Notes: generated by a model not told the origin, from the letters alone. 61,775 bases of DNA, filler included, from Choristocarpus tenellus KU-1152 (GCA_964200185.2; 9 parts of 9 records of this genome joined end to end with filler, not necessarily neighbours in it); one strand, 5' to 3'. Positions 1-16,211 are shown, counted from the first letter of the whole stretch. Numbers and translations: made by a program.

Positions 1-62
1 AGTGAAAATCGAAAAAAGGGTGAAAAACGGACGCCGACACCCCCCCCAAGATACTTTGACCC
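1..62. mobile_element. Terminal fragment of MITE (poly-C + AGATACTTTGACCC end)
   Basis: AAACGGACGCC, then a C-run, then AGATACTTTGACCC followed by TAA; same end structure as 20350-20412. Confidence 0.7.
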
Positions 63-327
63 TAAAACAGTCTTGAGGAAGAGGGAAGATTGAAGCGCTC
101 TTTTTTCATCCATGGTAGGGCTTGACTGCGACTGGTGACAACCGAATACAATCCTTGCACTTCCTCAGTACTTCAGTACAGAGAATGTGTAATTCCATCC
201 TTCACCTATCATTAAGTCTTGATATATATATATATATATATGTCTACCAGGCAGGTAACAATATAATCTATGGAGGAGGATGTCTGACATGATTAAGTAA
301 TATGTTAATATTTCGATAATCATTGAC

Positions 328-361
328 TACTACTACTGCTACTACTACTACTACTACTACT
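328..361. repeat. (TAC)n microsatellite
   Basis: About 11 TAC units with one TGC interruption. Confidence 0.9.
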
Positions 362-959
362 GCATTCAGTATCCCTATATCCCGATCTTCTCTTATTATA
401 TATAAGAGCGCGTTTCTCTTAAACCAAGGGATGGTGATAAGAGAAACCTATTAATATCGTACAAAAGTAGTAGCCATTATATAATTGTCCCTGAACGACG
501 ACAGGGCGACGCCCTTGCTGTATGTGCTTTCCATGTACCTTCAAGAGTAGTTACATGTAGATATTCATTGAACATTGCCCTTGGTGAGCCCATTTCGATG
601 GAGCGGTGGTGGTGCAGCAAGCACCACATTTACACCACCACCCCACAGTATACCAGTGTGATGTGTATACAGTACTGAAACTTAGGTAAAATTACACTCC
701 TTACGATGTATTCACTCATATGTATAGTACACCTTCCCAAGAAAAGCATCCGCAAGCCGTCGGATGGCTGGACAGATGACTCACAGTTCAAAGCAATCCA
801 ACGTTCGAAGCCAATCTCCCTCCAATGCCCTGCCCTACGTATTCAATTGCACTCTACAATGATATTATACTGTACAGTATCAAAACACCACCGTGAATCA
901 AATGTAGTTGCACCTCCATGCACCTCCCATCGCACGCATTGAGTAAGAAAACTTATTCG

Positions 960-1919
960 CGGATAAAAAAATCGCGACTGCCAAAAAGTTCTCGAATATC
1001 CACTTGTTTGATTGCCCTTGCCCCGATTGCACTTGAGTCAAGCCAGCTTTGCTTTCCGGCTACGGTACGAAACATCGTTCATGCTGCACTCTTCGACAAT
1101 TATTTCTAAGCTTGCAAACTCGTCACCTACTTGAGAGTATGACGGTGGAGGAATCGAGAACACCAAAGAGGCTGCTCCTTTCCTCACGGCCCCTGATGCG
1201 CTGCCCCCTCCCATAAACCCATCGCCATCCTCGTCACCTAAGCTTTCATTGTCTGACTGGTACAAGAATTTCTCGAGCAGCTAGTCTTTTATGTCCTCTA
1301 GTACCGCATTGGCCAAATCAGCGTGGTCTTTCTCATCGATCCACGCTCTTGCTGCGTTGATGGAAGCCTGAGACGGTTTTCCGCCGGGTTTGAGGTGCAG
1401 AGGGTCAAGACCATTCGAGAGATACTCATTAATATATAGGGACACCTTGTGGGACGTACCTCTACGAGCAAAAAGGTCACTCATGATACTGCAGTACACA
1501 GTATAGACTTTACACAGCAACAGAAATGTGCACAAAATTTCTAAAAATTCAGTCATGATCCTCATGAGCAGACAGCGCAGAAAGACAATTCAGTCACGAT
1601 CACAATCAACCTAGTTTCAGACTTTCAATCCGCGCGCCGACGCATCTCGACATGTTTGGCACTCCTCGTAGACTTGGACATCAGGCTTCAGTGTCTGGAT
1701 TTTCTCCATAATGGTTGTTGCTTCCTTCACATTGTAGAGGGTGCTGTGATCGATTCCAAACTTTTGAGCAACCGCAGTTCCTGTCATGATCTTCAGGAGT
1801 CTCAACGCTTCCACCTTCTCTGCAAAGCTCAAACATTTAAGATTGTCGGCACTGCAAGGCTTGTAGGCAGAGGCTTTCTCCGTAGGTATATTTGGCAGCA
1901 CCTTCCCCTTGCCCTTGTT
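960..1919 (-). pseudogene. Decayed pogo/Tigger-like (CENP-B type HTH) transposase remnant, internally deleted
   Basis: Minus frame LSFAEKVEALRLL..TAVAQKFGIDHSTLYNV resembles the N-terminal HTH of pogo/Tigger transposases. There are in-frame stops (1920-1922, 1281, 1038) and an acidic C-terminal-like segment at 1038-1565. No DDE core is visible. Confidence 0.5.
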
Positions 1920-2386
1920 CTAGTTATCGTGGCACTTCGACGCCGTATTGTCACCAGCTGGAGGACTCAAAGTCTTGTGCTTGGTGGGGCTCACGCACAA
2001 TTTCCACACGCGTTTCATTTCGCTGGAGCCCAAATGGATTCACGACGCCGTCAGTGCCATGAAGATAGCTGCTCTAAACGTGACACTTATGGCATGTGGC
2101 GGACCAGCAGTATTACCCTTTTATGTTGCACCTGGATCCAGGTGCGAGGGCATCGTTCTATCTGTACAATGCAGTCGTCTAATCTTGATATGATGTTCTG
2201 TACGTACTGTGCTGTACAGTACTGAGAGACAAGAGACTGCTATGCTTTGTATTGCTGGTCTCGAGCAGCTTTGTGGCTTTGTTATATTTTTGTCTAACTT
2301 TCGATATGGTTTTTTGAATAACCCATCGATGAGGTAGTGAACAAAAATGGGAGTTTGCTCGATATAAAGGAGAATTGGCAGGAAAA

Positions 2387-2492
2387 CGTCGAAACCTCTC
2401 TTATAGGCTGAAAGGTTGTGACAAGACAATTCATCATCTCTTATATCCCGTTTTCTCTTATATAGACCTCTCTTATATAGATAGATCGAGTG
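2387..2492. repeat. Probable terminus of the pogo/Tc1-like element with iterated CTCTTATA motifs
   Basis: Four CTCTTATA copies ending GATCGAGTG and followed by TA (2493-2494); lies 5' of the HTH remnant. Related motifs occur at 375-450. Confidence 0.4.
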
Positions 2493-2749
2493 TAATACTA
2501 CCACATTACTATTACCATTACTATTACTATTACTATTTCTATTTCTATTATTATTAATATTACCTCTAATCTCTTCTTTTTGTAGAAGTTGTTGTGATAA
2601 AATGTGCACAGAGCGGCCATGATTGCCACAGAGCGTGAAGGAACACCAAGAAACTTGACACCCCCTTCACTCCTCAGTACTGCTCACTGCTCACCTCTTT
2701 TGCACACCCTCTAGGCACTTGACTGACAATGTGCTAGTGTGCACTGTGG

Positions 2750-4510
<1,761 letters not shown>

Positions 4511-4859
4511 TGATTTTTTACTTTGCTTATGGAATGGAAGGGCCAGTAGGGCCAGTGATAAAGAGAGGTTCGGGGGAGGGGGCATGAGGATGTGAATGGG
4601 AGATGGGGATGGGGATGGGGAACTAAGATGTAGAATGCTGCTTTTGTGGTTGGGCTGGTAAGAGGGGAAGTAGGAGGGTTTTGCCAGGGGGCCTTACTTG
4701 CTAGAAGTACATTCAAATCTGTGCAAAGTTCCACGGTTGTAGGTCAGGTGGGCTACACACCCAAAGAGGCACAAGCATTGCTATGGGCGATGATGAGATA
4801 GAGCCAGTGCCCCCAGATATTGATGCTGGTGGTCTGATCTAATATGTGTATGTGTATGT

Positions 4860-4904
<45 letters not shown>

Positions 4905-4982
4905 AGGAAAGGGGGGGGGGGGGAGGGGAGGAGGGGGGGGGGGGGGGGGGGGGGGCGGGGGGGGGTTGCGCCCAAAAAAAAA

Positions 4983-5082
4983 NNNNNNNNNNNNNNNNNN
5001 NNNNNNNNNNNNNNNNNNNNNNNNNNTTAATTAATTAANNNNNNNNNNNNNNNNNNNNNNNNNNNNNNNNNNNNNNNNNNNN
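4983..5082. other. Artificial contig spacer N44-TTAATTAATTAA-N44
   Basis: 100-bp cassette with stops in all six frames, present 8 times in the window. Confidence 0.97.
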
Positions 5083-6016
5083 TGTGTTTGCCGGGGGGGG
5101 GTTCTTGTTGTGGGTTGGGGGGGGGGGGGGGGCGAGTACCTTGCATTGGGTGATGGGGTGAGGAAGGGTTTGCCGAAAAGGTGAAGGCGATAGTCTGCAA
5201 CAAGTTAAATACATTTGTGTTTTTGTTTTCTGATACTTTTCTGAGAGGCTCTCACACCTGCCCGTGACCAAGATGGAGACAAGGAGAGGAGAACATAAAC
5301 AGATGACAGAAGTAGCCTGGAGGGGGGTAGGTCTTAGCCTCTTCTCGAACCACTCCAACATTTGAACCTTGTGCCTGACCCTTCATTCCTATGCGAGGAG
5401 AGTGTATGCTGTGTTTGGTTGCTGCTGATGTGGTAACTGAGACCATGTGGAAAAGGGGGTTAAGTTGTTGCAGATTTGATGGAGAGGTGTAAAGTTGATT
5501 GGACTAACCAAAGTTTTTTCGCAGATGAATATAATTCAACCATATGCCCCCTTCTCAGATACTTTGGCTTTAAAAAAGAAAATTGAAGAGTTGAAAGAGA
5601 TGCATGAAGAACATTACAGTGAGAACTCAAGGGGGTTTTTTTTAAACGATAAAAAAAAACAAAAAACAAGGCCCATTCACTCACAATCAGAAGGGAAGAC
5701 AGACATCATACATGTGGCACAGGGGGAGCATCCATCAAGCACTGAGATATTATACTCGAAAATGATCAATCTTGTCAATCGAAAACCATTTATTATGAGC
5801 ACACTAAAAAATAGTCCAAGGCAAGTTACCTCCTTTTTCCGATTTTGATTGATGGTGATAAATATCGAATCGTAGCAGTTCAGTCACTGAGAGTACAAGC
5901 ACCAAAGCAAAGATCTATTCTTACAGTGGCACTGGTTTCCAAGATAGGTTGGACCATTCCTGCGGTAGATCCTCCTCTTCTAGCAGAGAAGACGTCATAC
6001 ATACACATCAATATGA

Positions 6017-6190
6017 CACTCGAAGTATCTGGGAGGGGGTGGCGGCTGTCCATTTGGCGTCAATTTTTTCATGTCGCGATTCTTGGGTCATTTTGTTGCG
6101 TAAGTAGGATGGATAATGTAAATGCACTTTTTCCTGATTTTGACCCAAATGGACATCCTGGTGTAGAACCCCCCTCAGATACTTTAGGCC
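6017..6190 (+). mobile_element. MITE family B (about 175 bp), PIF/Harbinger(Tourist)-like
   Basis: CACTCGAAGTATCT ... AGATACTTTAGGCC with TGA on both flanks; colinear with 7224-7400 and 57709-57891. Confidence 0.85.
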
Positions 6191-7223
6191 TGAAACTCAG
6201 TGGGCAGAGGCGAGGATTTTGGTTACTGTTTTCTTGAACATGTAGTAAGAGCTTAAGGACATTGTAGATAATGGTATCAGTCAACTTGCGAGGTCGTCTC
6301 CTCTTCTTTAAGTCACTGTCTCTTGATGGGGATTACCAGGTGCATTTCGGTCATGAGAATGGGGTTATTAGGCAGCATATATTTTATTATTCTGGTCGCT
6401 TTCTACAGGTAGACAAGGAGTACTGCCTCTTGTCTTCCTTTTTGAGAGGAAAGCTGGATCCAGAAAAAGTGAATGGAGAGGTTCACTCATTCGCTTATCT
6501 CATGAATTATTAGTATCTCCATTTTTTTAGGTATACCTCCCATTTTAATTTTATTTCGACTAAGAATACGTTCAATGCGTATTGAAATATGATGACCTAT
6601 GAAAGTTGTGGTAGAGTATGGACACGGATTCCACGAGTGTTCCAGGGTGTGGAAATCCTGTTTAGTTTTTTTCTGTTCTAATTGAATTTACAATTTATAT
6701 TATATATCTTGTGGTATGTGGATGCACATCTTGGAAAGTGTTACTGTTGATGGTGCAATGGGCAATGGCCTAATGGGGAAGGTGCACAGAGGAGAAAAAA
6801 TATATATATTTGTACTGCGTGCAAATACCACATGCGCTGGTGGTTCTCGAACGAGTAGGTGTGGTACGGACCAGAAATACTCGTTCGAGTAAAGGTCGTG
6901 CCGTAAAGTTCGCACATCGTAGACGTGTGTCCGAAAAGGGTTGCTGCTCGCGGGTCTAGAAGTATATATATAGTATATATATACTATTACTTGAAGTATG
7001 AAGAAAACCTGGTAGAGTAGTAATGATATGTATGGTTGTACGTGGTGAGGTTGGCCTGGCGAATTCAACATTATTATTAGGGGGAATCCAAAGCTTCCTA
7101 CTAGGTCATAACATCATCAGTCCACAACTTGGGAGTCGAAGTAAATGAGAGGTACCCAAAGTTGCACTTTAAGGATGTGGACAGGTATATGTGCAACTTG
7201 TTCGTAGATAGTGGTGCTGATAA

Positions 7224-7400
7224 GTCTCAAAGGATCTGGGGGGGGTGGCAGCTGTCCATTTGGGGTCAATTTTTGCATGTCGCGATTTTTTGGGTGATTT
7301 GGTTGCATAGGTCGGATGGATAATAAAAAAAGTTTTCCTGATTTTGACCCAAATGGACACCCTGGTGTAGACTCCCCCCCCCCCTCAGATACTTTGGGTC
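7224..7400 (+). mobile_element. MITE family B
   Basis: GTCTCAAAGGATCT ... AGATACTTTGGGTC; internal GTCCATTTGGGGTCAA and TTGACCCAAATGGAC inverted motifs; ATAA on both flanks. Confidence 0.85.
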
Positions 7401-10400
7401 ATAAACTATAGAAACCACCGGTGGATTAGATAATTGGATGGAGAGCCAGTGACAGATATATCATATGTACTGACTCATAGTGACCATTGATTTTTGTGTC
7501 ATGTTCAAGATACACTTACTATTATACTTAAGAAAAGTAAATAAGTGATTCATAGTAAATTAGTGTGGACAATCGCAAACCCCACACTATAGGAATAGTG
7601 ATGATAGTCTAGGCTTGTCTCACCCCACCAATTCAGTCAGCGGAATCGAGACCATAAGCCTCTAGCAATATTAACAGTGCATATCTACATCAAGGTATCC
7701 ATTGTATTTCATCAAAGCACCAAAGCCGCGGGTCCAGTGTGGAATATTTCAAGACAACATTCATCTATTCTTACAAATACGCACAGGATATTTTCTGAAT
7801 TGTGTCGAAATTTTTCAAACAATATAGAAATCAACGTTCTGAAAAACTGACTTAAGATGCAAAATGGGCAAAACCCGGGTACCTCTCGTATACTATGGCC
7901 CAGAAGTGCAACAAGAAATCAAGGCACGCACTGGGCAGTGCAACAATTAGTTCGTGGGGTAGAAATAGTGTGGAGTATACTGTTATCTTACCATGGTCAA
8001 AGGGGCTAGGTAGGGTGGAGGTAATGGAGGAGTTCCAGGCGAAAGTGAGCAAAGAGAAACAATAGTAATAGTAAGAATAGTAAGAATAGTATATAAAGTA
8101 ATCCAAGAGAGATTTTAATCTCTTACACCTGTCCTCCATCTGAGCAAGAGACTATTACCATTGTGTTCACCACTATAGTTACGCCTTATTTTGCAACCCT
8201 GGAGTTTCTCCCCTGCATCCTCATCCCGTTCCTCCTCTGCCAGCAAAGCAAGGTCCTCCCACATTGATTCAGTCTTGTCAAGAGACTTTCGATGTCCTAC
8301 TCCTATATATTGTTGTGGACGCACTTCTTGAGGACAATCGAGGTAATCCCTTGTTCACTGCAGAGTGTGTGGAGATCCCTGCCAGTTCAGTTTCCCTCCT
8401 CAGCAACTTTCTTTCTGGTGGATTCATCCTGTCTTCCTTCCGTTCACACCAAGCCCTCACATTACTAACATGATGGATATGATATTCATTGCTATCACAT
8501 CTGCCACGTTAAGGTTGTGGGCAGCACATAATATTGCAGGCATGTCCAACTCTCCTCTAACTTAGCGCATTCAATTGAGAATGTTTGTTTCCGCCTTGGT
8601 GAGTGGTTGCAGCGACAAATTTGAAAAGCTATTATCCCGTCACCAATGAAGTTAGCAGCTGAAGCATATCTCAACAAGGTAAATTGAATGCAAACGAGCA
8701 AGGTAGAAAAATAATAGGTGTCAACAATTATTCATTATTTTGCCCTTGTGATTGTTCGATTAAGAAAATATACCATTTTCTTCCATGACTGGTGATGTTG
8801 GTAAATATTTTAGTTGTATATCTTTTGTTTTCTTCCCATTTGTCGGGGAACTATCCCCTCCAGCGGTCAGACGCACTACACACTGCACTACGTCTCATAC
8901 TAACTACAGATTAAATGTTGAAATACGACTAATTGCACTGCCTCCGTTCCTCCCTTACTTATGGCATGCTGGGTTCAGCACTCCCATCGCCCTTCCCTCC
9001 ATCTCCACCCTCGAACCTTGTCCTGGATCTACATCAAAGTTTCCATCTCGATCTAGGTCTGGTGTGATCCTGCAACTACAAAGAATAAAGAAAATAATAA
9101 TACGGAGTACAAAGTATAGAAATTTAGGAGTAGTAAAATATCACATGGTGCTAACAACCAATACCAAAACACAACAGACTGAGAATTACAAAAAAAAACA
9201 GGAGCAGACTGACAACGTAAGTATTACCATAGTAGAGCACAACATAGGACTGACCTTCTCGATTCGAAGGTTGATGTTTACTGAAGTAGTGTGCGTCCTA
9301 GGAAAAGACACAGCTTAGAGGTCGAGGTACTCACTGCCCGCTAAGTCTCCAGTTTCCAGAGAGGTAGTAGAAGTGCAGTTCTCAACGACAACAAGAGTAG
9401 TGAGGAAAAGTTGAAAGTCACAAAACAACCCTCAGTACCCCCCCTTAAGGTGCTTGCTGAAGCGATCCTCCAACCTTTTCATGATGCTCTGCTTCACATC
9501 CTCGTCAAAGTTGCTGGAGAACCTTGTCAAAGGTTGTCTGGAAAGGGTGGATGAAGTAATGGAAAAAGATTTCTTCTGTGAAGTAAACAGCCTTGCATTA
9601 TGCATATTTTGGGAGATCCTTGATAGGCTACTATGGTTGTTACACTCTTGTCAGTTAGTACCTCAACTCTCTCCCTACAATGGAGGAATGTGTAGTGGGT
9701 ATAGTATCGACCGGTTGCGTTCATTTGGGGGCGATATAGCCAACTCAGGCCTCCAGATTGGCGTTGACTTCAATGTATACTCTACTTTGTCCATTTTTTC
9801 TGTTGTTGGAGTGTATGTATGCGGCTGACACATCATTGAGAGATATACCACTGAACAGGATCACAGCAACTTTATATTAAAAATATTTTTCCAACTTACC
9901 CTCAACTTCGGATGACTGCACATACTGCAAATTCAAATAGGGAAATTTTCAAGGGTGTTTAATTCTCTGGGGTGCAGCAAGGACAGTTTCTGTGACTAAC
10001 GGGGGTTGTTGGTCAGTACTCTCAATCTGGGCTCAGTCTGGCATGGGTGTTTTGTGTGTGTGTGTGAGAGAGAGTGTGTGTGTGTTCACCAAAGAGGTTA
10101 ACATTCTGAGGACTCAAAGGAGAAGAATGCCCCCTTTCACCAGTATTCATTATCATAATGCGATGTGCATGTGTGTGTGATTTTGTGAATTTGTGGTGCA
10201 TACTACCTTCCTATTGCCATTCTCGGTTCTGTGTTCCCACTTTCTCATAGTAGAGGTGGTATTAGTATTGGTTCGCTGAGTGACTGGAAATAATGGTAAC
10301 AACAACAATTATGGTTTCAAAATTCATGATGGGGTCGACCAGATGGATGCAATGAACTACTGGCAATCTGCTACTACAACTACTGCCTAAGGACTGTGCA

Positions 10401-11774
10401 TTACATACAAGGAGAACATTGTTTGCATGATAATTGGTGATTGATGAGTTGGGAGACGTCATCAACTGCTCCTCCTCATGAGGACAAGCTCCTTCTTCGT
10501 AGTTGCTACTGATGCAGGGCTGCTATTTTCCGCGTACTATTGTTGTCGTTCATAATTATTGTGTATGCTCATGTGGCATTAAGTGAACAGGTCGTTTGTC
10601 CAGCGCTAACAGCCAAGCATGATTATTGTTGTATTGACTATACAAAACTACGTATCATACAGCATGTATTTACGTGATATACATGCTCCATCCAAAGCAT
10701 ACTTGAGAATTGGACATTGTTATTGTCAAATTATGGTACCCATCAGTATTAACCGTGTTCCAAATGCTCCTTCTGTAACAACATATATTTGCTTCTTACT
10801 ATACAATGAACTAGCAAATATCCAACAAAAGTGATGTTCTATTGGCTGGAATGAAAATGATTATGCCAAAGATGTTGAAAATAGAAGACATCATCAACTA
10901 CAAGCAAACGTGGCTTTGTTGTTACATTAAAGATAATATTAGCAGAGTATTCTGCTGCACCTTCTACTACCAATATTCCCACTGTCGCAGCAGTTGTAGT
11001 AGTTGTAGTTACATTGTTAGTAGCTGTTGTTGTATACACACAAGACAGGACGTATGTATGTGGAACAAAATGTTTACGTGACAGTCTCGACTACACAATA
11101 AAATACATACACACGTAAATACATACCTTAACGATCCCTCTTCGATTCGACGGGGTGAATGCGTTTGATGTGCAAGTACACGGGACCATAAAACTTGGTG
11201 CGAAAATGTGAATATTACTTCGAGTAGAAGCCACAATCTTGTGGTCTCGGTTTCGCTGGCTGTACATGAGGGGACAAGATTACCCTATCTTGTCACGTGC
11301 TGTTTGTGATGGTCCACATTATATTAACTGCCTATGTACTGGTAACTTGTACGTTGTATGACCAGAGTATCAGGGCCAGAACTGAAAAATAATCATAGAA
11401 TGACGTTGATCAGGCAACACATCTGGTATTTGTTGTCAAAATCAGATGCGCTGACTGTTCTTGACTAAACAGCACATCAATCGGACAGCAGATTCGCCAT
11501 TACCTCTACCTCCCATTTCCTGTTCCACAAGTGGTATCTATAGTATATTACTGGCGCTACGAACAAGTAATACAAAATGCAGTAGTCGTACAATGGGGTC
11601 ATGCTGGCTGTCAGTCGTACCTTGACATAGGCGTTGACAATCTCTATTCTTCTTCCAGGCTGTTCTTGACGAGAGTAGGAAATATCTTTGCACGTGAAAG
11701 CACGGTCACATCATTTTTGTGGCCATGTTGAATGGTGCGTACAGACATTTCCATGCTTTAAGTGCTCAATCATT

Positions 11775-12030
11775 TCAACTGAGAGATAGGCAGGGTTGCT
11801 TTTAAAAGGATCCTTATAAGGGGAAAAAAGACGCAATTTTGTACTCTTCACAGAAAGAGCCTCTGATGAATTGTGGTATCATTTTGTTTGTGGAAAGGGG
11901 GAATATTAATTTTGCACGCACTATTGTGCACATAAAGCAATAAAATACAGTGTGTTGCACAGGATGAGAAAGATTGACTAAGAGTGCATAAAGGTCAAAA
12001 CCTGCCTGCCTCTCTATTGGCTTGGCTTGT
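11775..12030. repeat. Old dispersed repeat family C (possible Ty3/gypsy integrase relic)
   Basis: Diverged but colinear with 51259-51530 (CAACTGAGAG..TAGGCAGGGTTGC..AAGGATCCT..AGAAAGAGCCTCT..TTGCACAGG..CCTCTCTATTG). Confidence 0.6.
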
Positions 12031-12761
12031 TCCAACTATATACCAACAGGATATTCATAATGTATTAATCAGTAAGACCTCTAAAGAAAAAGAGAGGAAC
12101 ACACACATGGACGGAGCCAAAACCAAAAACGTACTTCTCTGAACAGTGATGCCATGGTGTCATGCTCTTTTCTTGTGTGGTGTGTATTACGCAGAAAATC
12201 TACCCCTCTTGTCCTTCTGTACTATTTCTTTCTTCTTACCACACACCAACAACAACAAGTGATGAAATTTACCCACCTTAATCTCAGAGAAGTAAACAGT
12301 AGAGCTCTAGCAGAGTCAAAGTCCCTTCACCCTGATTAGGCTACGAAGGAGGTAATCGGTGGTGTGCAAAAGACAGGGAAACCTATCAGACACCTGCCAG
12401 TGACCAGCGGTGTCTCCAAGGCAAAAGTGTGATATATTCATACCACTTGTATCCTCACTGATAAAGGTAACCTGGCTCGAGTATGTCTTCATTGTGACCT
12501 AACCCTCTCACACACTTCTTATCGTATACACATACCACTTACTGCATCCACCAATGAATTGTTTTGCCTGTATGCCAAGTGCCCCTATGTACTCCACCGT
12601 CATTGCAACCATTTTCAAGGTATTATGAGGAATTGCGTTGGAACAAGATATTACTTACATGACTACATTGCCTTCTGCTACTTGCCCACACCAACAGCAC
12701 CAACGCCGTTTGTTTCTCAGTGACGCTCTGCTGAAACCAGGCTCATCAAGCCAAGCACATC

Positions 12762-13017
12762 GAGTGAAAGTATCTTAGAGGGTACAAGTTTTGCCCTATT
12801 TGTCTGTTTGGGGCTTGGCTTTCCACATTTGTTTTGTGACATTTTCCTACTCCGAAATGTTTCGGAGTAGGAAAATGTGCATGTTATGAAAGGTGTGTCT
12901 GAAACAAGGATATTGACACTTCCTAACAAACACGATAACCAAAATTACATCGAAATTGCAACATTGGATTTTGGACCACAAACGAACATGGCTTTGCCCT
13001 CTAAGATACTTTGACTC
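12762..13017 (+). mobile_element. MITE family A (about 260 bp) with 21-bp TIR and central hairpin
   Basis: GAGTGAAAGTATCTTAGAGGG ... CCCTCTAAGATACTTTGACTC; perfect 19-bp stem at 12839-12878. Confidence 0.9.
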
Positions 13018-16000
13018 ATTGCTACCATCATAATGGCATGCTTCGTCGTTTTGAGGTAGGTTCAGTCAGGTGGGGATGGATGGTAGATCCGTGTAATTTT
13101 TGGGGATCTTTTCGGTAAGTTGAACCGTTTGGTCAAAGGAAGACGTCATCATTTATCCGGTCGTTACACTTGCTGACACTCCTTGGAACACTGTATTATA
13201 CCCACTGCATCCACTTCAAATTATACTGACCACTGCTACACTACTATAGTAGAACAATACTCTTAACTTTCGATTATGACTCACGTATACCCTGGAGGAC
13301 GATCATTCTTCCTATTGATAGTTCACCACAGGAAACTTCAGCATGTTCATGGGTAGTTGGTGGGAGTGGAGACAGATACGACAATGCAACAACCGATTAT
13401 ATAGTAGCAGCCCATTGTCTTTGGTCCCCACATACTGTATATAATACGTGAACTTCCCATTATGAAGAGTGGCGTGGTCCACGGATAACTCGAGAAATAT
13501 TTTGTTCTGTGGAGTGAGTACGAGCTTTGCGAAAGGGTGCATGGGGAGGAACTTCAATGCACACACGCCTACAAGGATTCATTATTCATAGACATGTACA
13601 ATTGATAGCTGGGAGGTCAACATTACGCTGGTAACAAGCTGGAGACACTACCCTCAAAAACTTCGGTCGGTGAAGGAGCGTGTGGTGATACATACAGAAG
13701 GAGAAACATTTGGTGGGAATCGTACATATCCTTTCTCTGCGGTGGAAGCGTGTGACTCCCTGTACCTAATGTATGTGCTAATAAGAGGTAAGATCCCTGA
13801 CCAACATATCCTATCTTATTTGTAGCATTTAATATAGTGATTCGGTTCGGAATACGTCGATTATGCTAGTTTGATTTCATAGACATCTTACTTTATTATA
13901 TCCGCATTACTATTAGAACCAGTCTTTCGTGTATTCTTACTGCAGGGGACAGTCATTTCCAATACAAGTTTGACCTGCTACTAGATACAGATTCAGGTAG
14001 GTTCACAATACGGACAACTCGAAATTCTAACTCGTTGGGTCTCCATCGGGGGTGATATCGTGTCTGTATGATATATTTTTGAAATTCGGTTTAGCTTGTT
14101 ACTGTAATAATAATGGGTACAAAAAATATCAGTCTCATCCGGTTGACACTCAAATTCACAGGCACAATAGTATACGGTCTTGTTGAAGATGGTGTTGATT
14201 TGGAACTTGAACTAAAGAGAGGAAGTCCAGAGTGTGGAGCCTGCACATTAGAATAGGAGTGAGGCAAGAGGTGAGAGGAGGTTGGACTGAGTTAGCTGCA
14301 AATGAGACCCTACAAGGCAAACTTACTGCAGAGAGACAGGCACACCAGGCATGGGAAGAGTTAGTAACACTTAGAAGTACAGATGTTGGTCAAATTAAAT
14401 AGTCTTGGAAAAACTGGACTTTGTATCTACTTTGTGAATAAAGCTAAATAGGAATGCACCTAAGATGTCTGATGAGTATGCGTCTGTGTTTGAGGTATGA
14501 AAATAGGGGGGAAAATTCATCACTGTTGGCATTCTCTGAGACCCTTGTCCCAGTAGGTAGGGTGCACTGACCTGTAACACCACATGCATAAACTGAACTT
14601 TGGCGGTGCGTAACAAGGCTGGAGGGCAGTAAGTAGACAGACGTTCTGTTTCCTGATGATTGCAAACGACTATTATTCCGTACCAGGGGAACAGGCAACG
14701 ACAAAGAGTATATATACACTTGTCAATTTGATATGGCTTTAAGTAGCCGCTAGTCGCAGGGAAAAATTCCCCCTTACCCCTCAGCATCACGTACTTTTCA
14801 GGCTTGCTGGTGAACGGAATTGGATTGTGCATTTTCGCACCTAATGAGCTGGAGGCGCAGACTCATTAGGCACCAAAGAAAATACGCCTTCGACTCAAAA
14901 CAACATCGAAAGAAAAAGAAGAGTTGCTCAAATGGTCGAGTTCCTTGAAAACACCCTCCTACAGTATCAACTGTGTAAACATCAACAATGCTCATACGTA
15001 TAATACACAAAAATACACATGCACGTACTTCAACTACACTTACTAGTCTTCACTTTTCTCCTTGGTATATCATAAATCCCACCGCAAGATGTGGGTGAGA
15101 AAAGTGCTAACAGAAACAGTGAAATGCGAAGCCAGCTTCTGCCACGCCATCCACAGCAGTAGCAGCAGTTGTACCTCACTATAGTCTCATCCATACACCC
15201 CATATTGATGGTGTGTCTCCCTTCCTCAATCCTCACCCCCCAATATTCGGGAGATGCCTGATAGTCCCGTCAAGAGTCATGATGCTCTTGCAAGGTCTTA
15301 GTCGATTGAGGGTACGCCAGTATAGGGATATGAAAGATATGGTCGGTACTTATTCAAGACTCTGAGGGTTGTACTGGGTTTGGACACTGATGAGGAATAC
15401 AATTCTCTTTGATGATCATAATAGGAGAGGTAACAGAATGGATAAGCATCCCATTAAGTCAACATCACTTACAGAGTGCATATTTGGAATACTATAGTCT
15501 CTTTTCTTTCCTCTCAATATTGGCGATGCAAAGTTGTCAATGTTACACCCTCTGAGTACTGCTATATATAAGTGAGATGATGAGGTGATGCACGACACAA
15601 TCAAAATAAGTAGTGAGGGACTCTCCCTCCAACAAGAGCACAAATTCTAAGAATAGTCGTTGTCTACAAGCAACACGTATCATCAAGCCTTGATTCCCAG
15701 TAATAAACTAAATACATACACTATTATTACTACAAGAACAGTAGTAGAATCCTTCGGGGGTCTCACGACCTTCTGTTACCTTGTTCTTCCTTGGGAATGA
15801 AACTCTGAAAAAAGACACATTATTCAAAATTAGGAAATTGAGAATCATATTGAAAAAAAAACGCGAAAGCTTGAAGGTTCATACTTCAGCAGACTCAACT
15901 CATCAAGAAAACTTTGACTATAACAATAAAAAACGTCTTTCGCCCAATAATAAGCTATAGATATCCGCCCTGATTACGGTGAATCACCGTTTCGAACACG

Positions 16001-16211
16001 TCGTTTATTCTAAAATTTCGGGGCATTCACCACATTATGTCACGTTTTCTGCCAAGGGTTAGGGTGAGGGTTTATTCAGTATTACTATACCCTATATGTT
16101 CGTTTCGTTTTGGAAGCTCGCATAGTGGGCATACTCTGGATCCCTCTTCGATATAGTGGCAGGTATATTATTAAATGTTCTGGTTTTACTTGTCACGCTG
16201 TTCATGGTGGG

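Noticed and set aside
5027-5038. TTAATTAATTAA palindrome recurring 8 times as a biological site
   Set aside because: It is always centred in exactly 44+44 Ns, so it is an artificial six-frame-stop linker.
4781-5038. Poly-Gly/poly-Pro ORFs here and at 31118-31411, 32639-32864 and 59669-59998
   Set aside because: They are translations of G/C homopolymer runs, often low-quality sequence near gaps.
8170-9550. Coding-like minus-strand segments with splice-like borders (also 14400-15900 on minus and 27660-28350 on plus)
   Set aside because: I could not join them in consistent phase or recognise any homology, so they are left uncalled.
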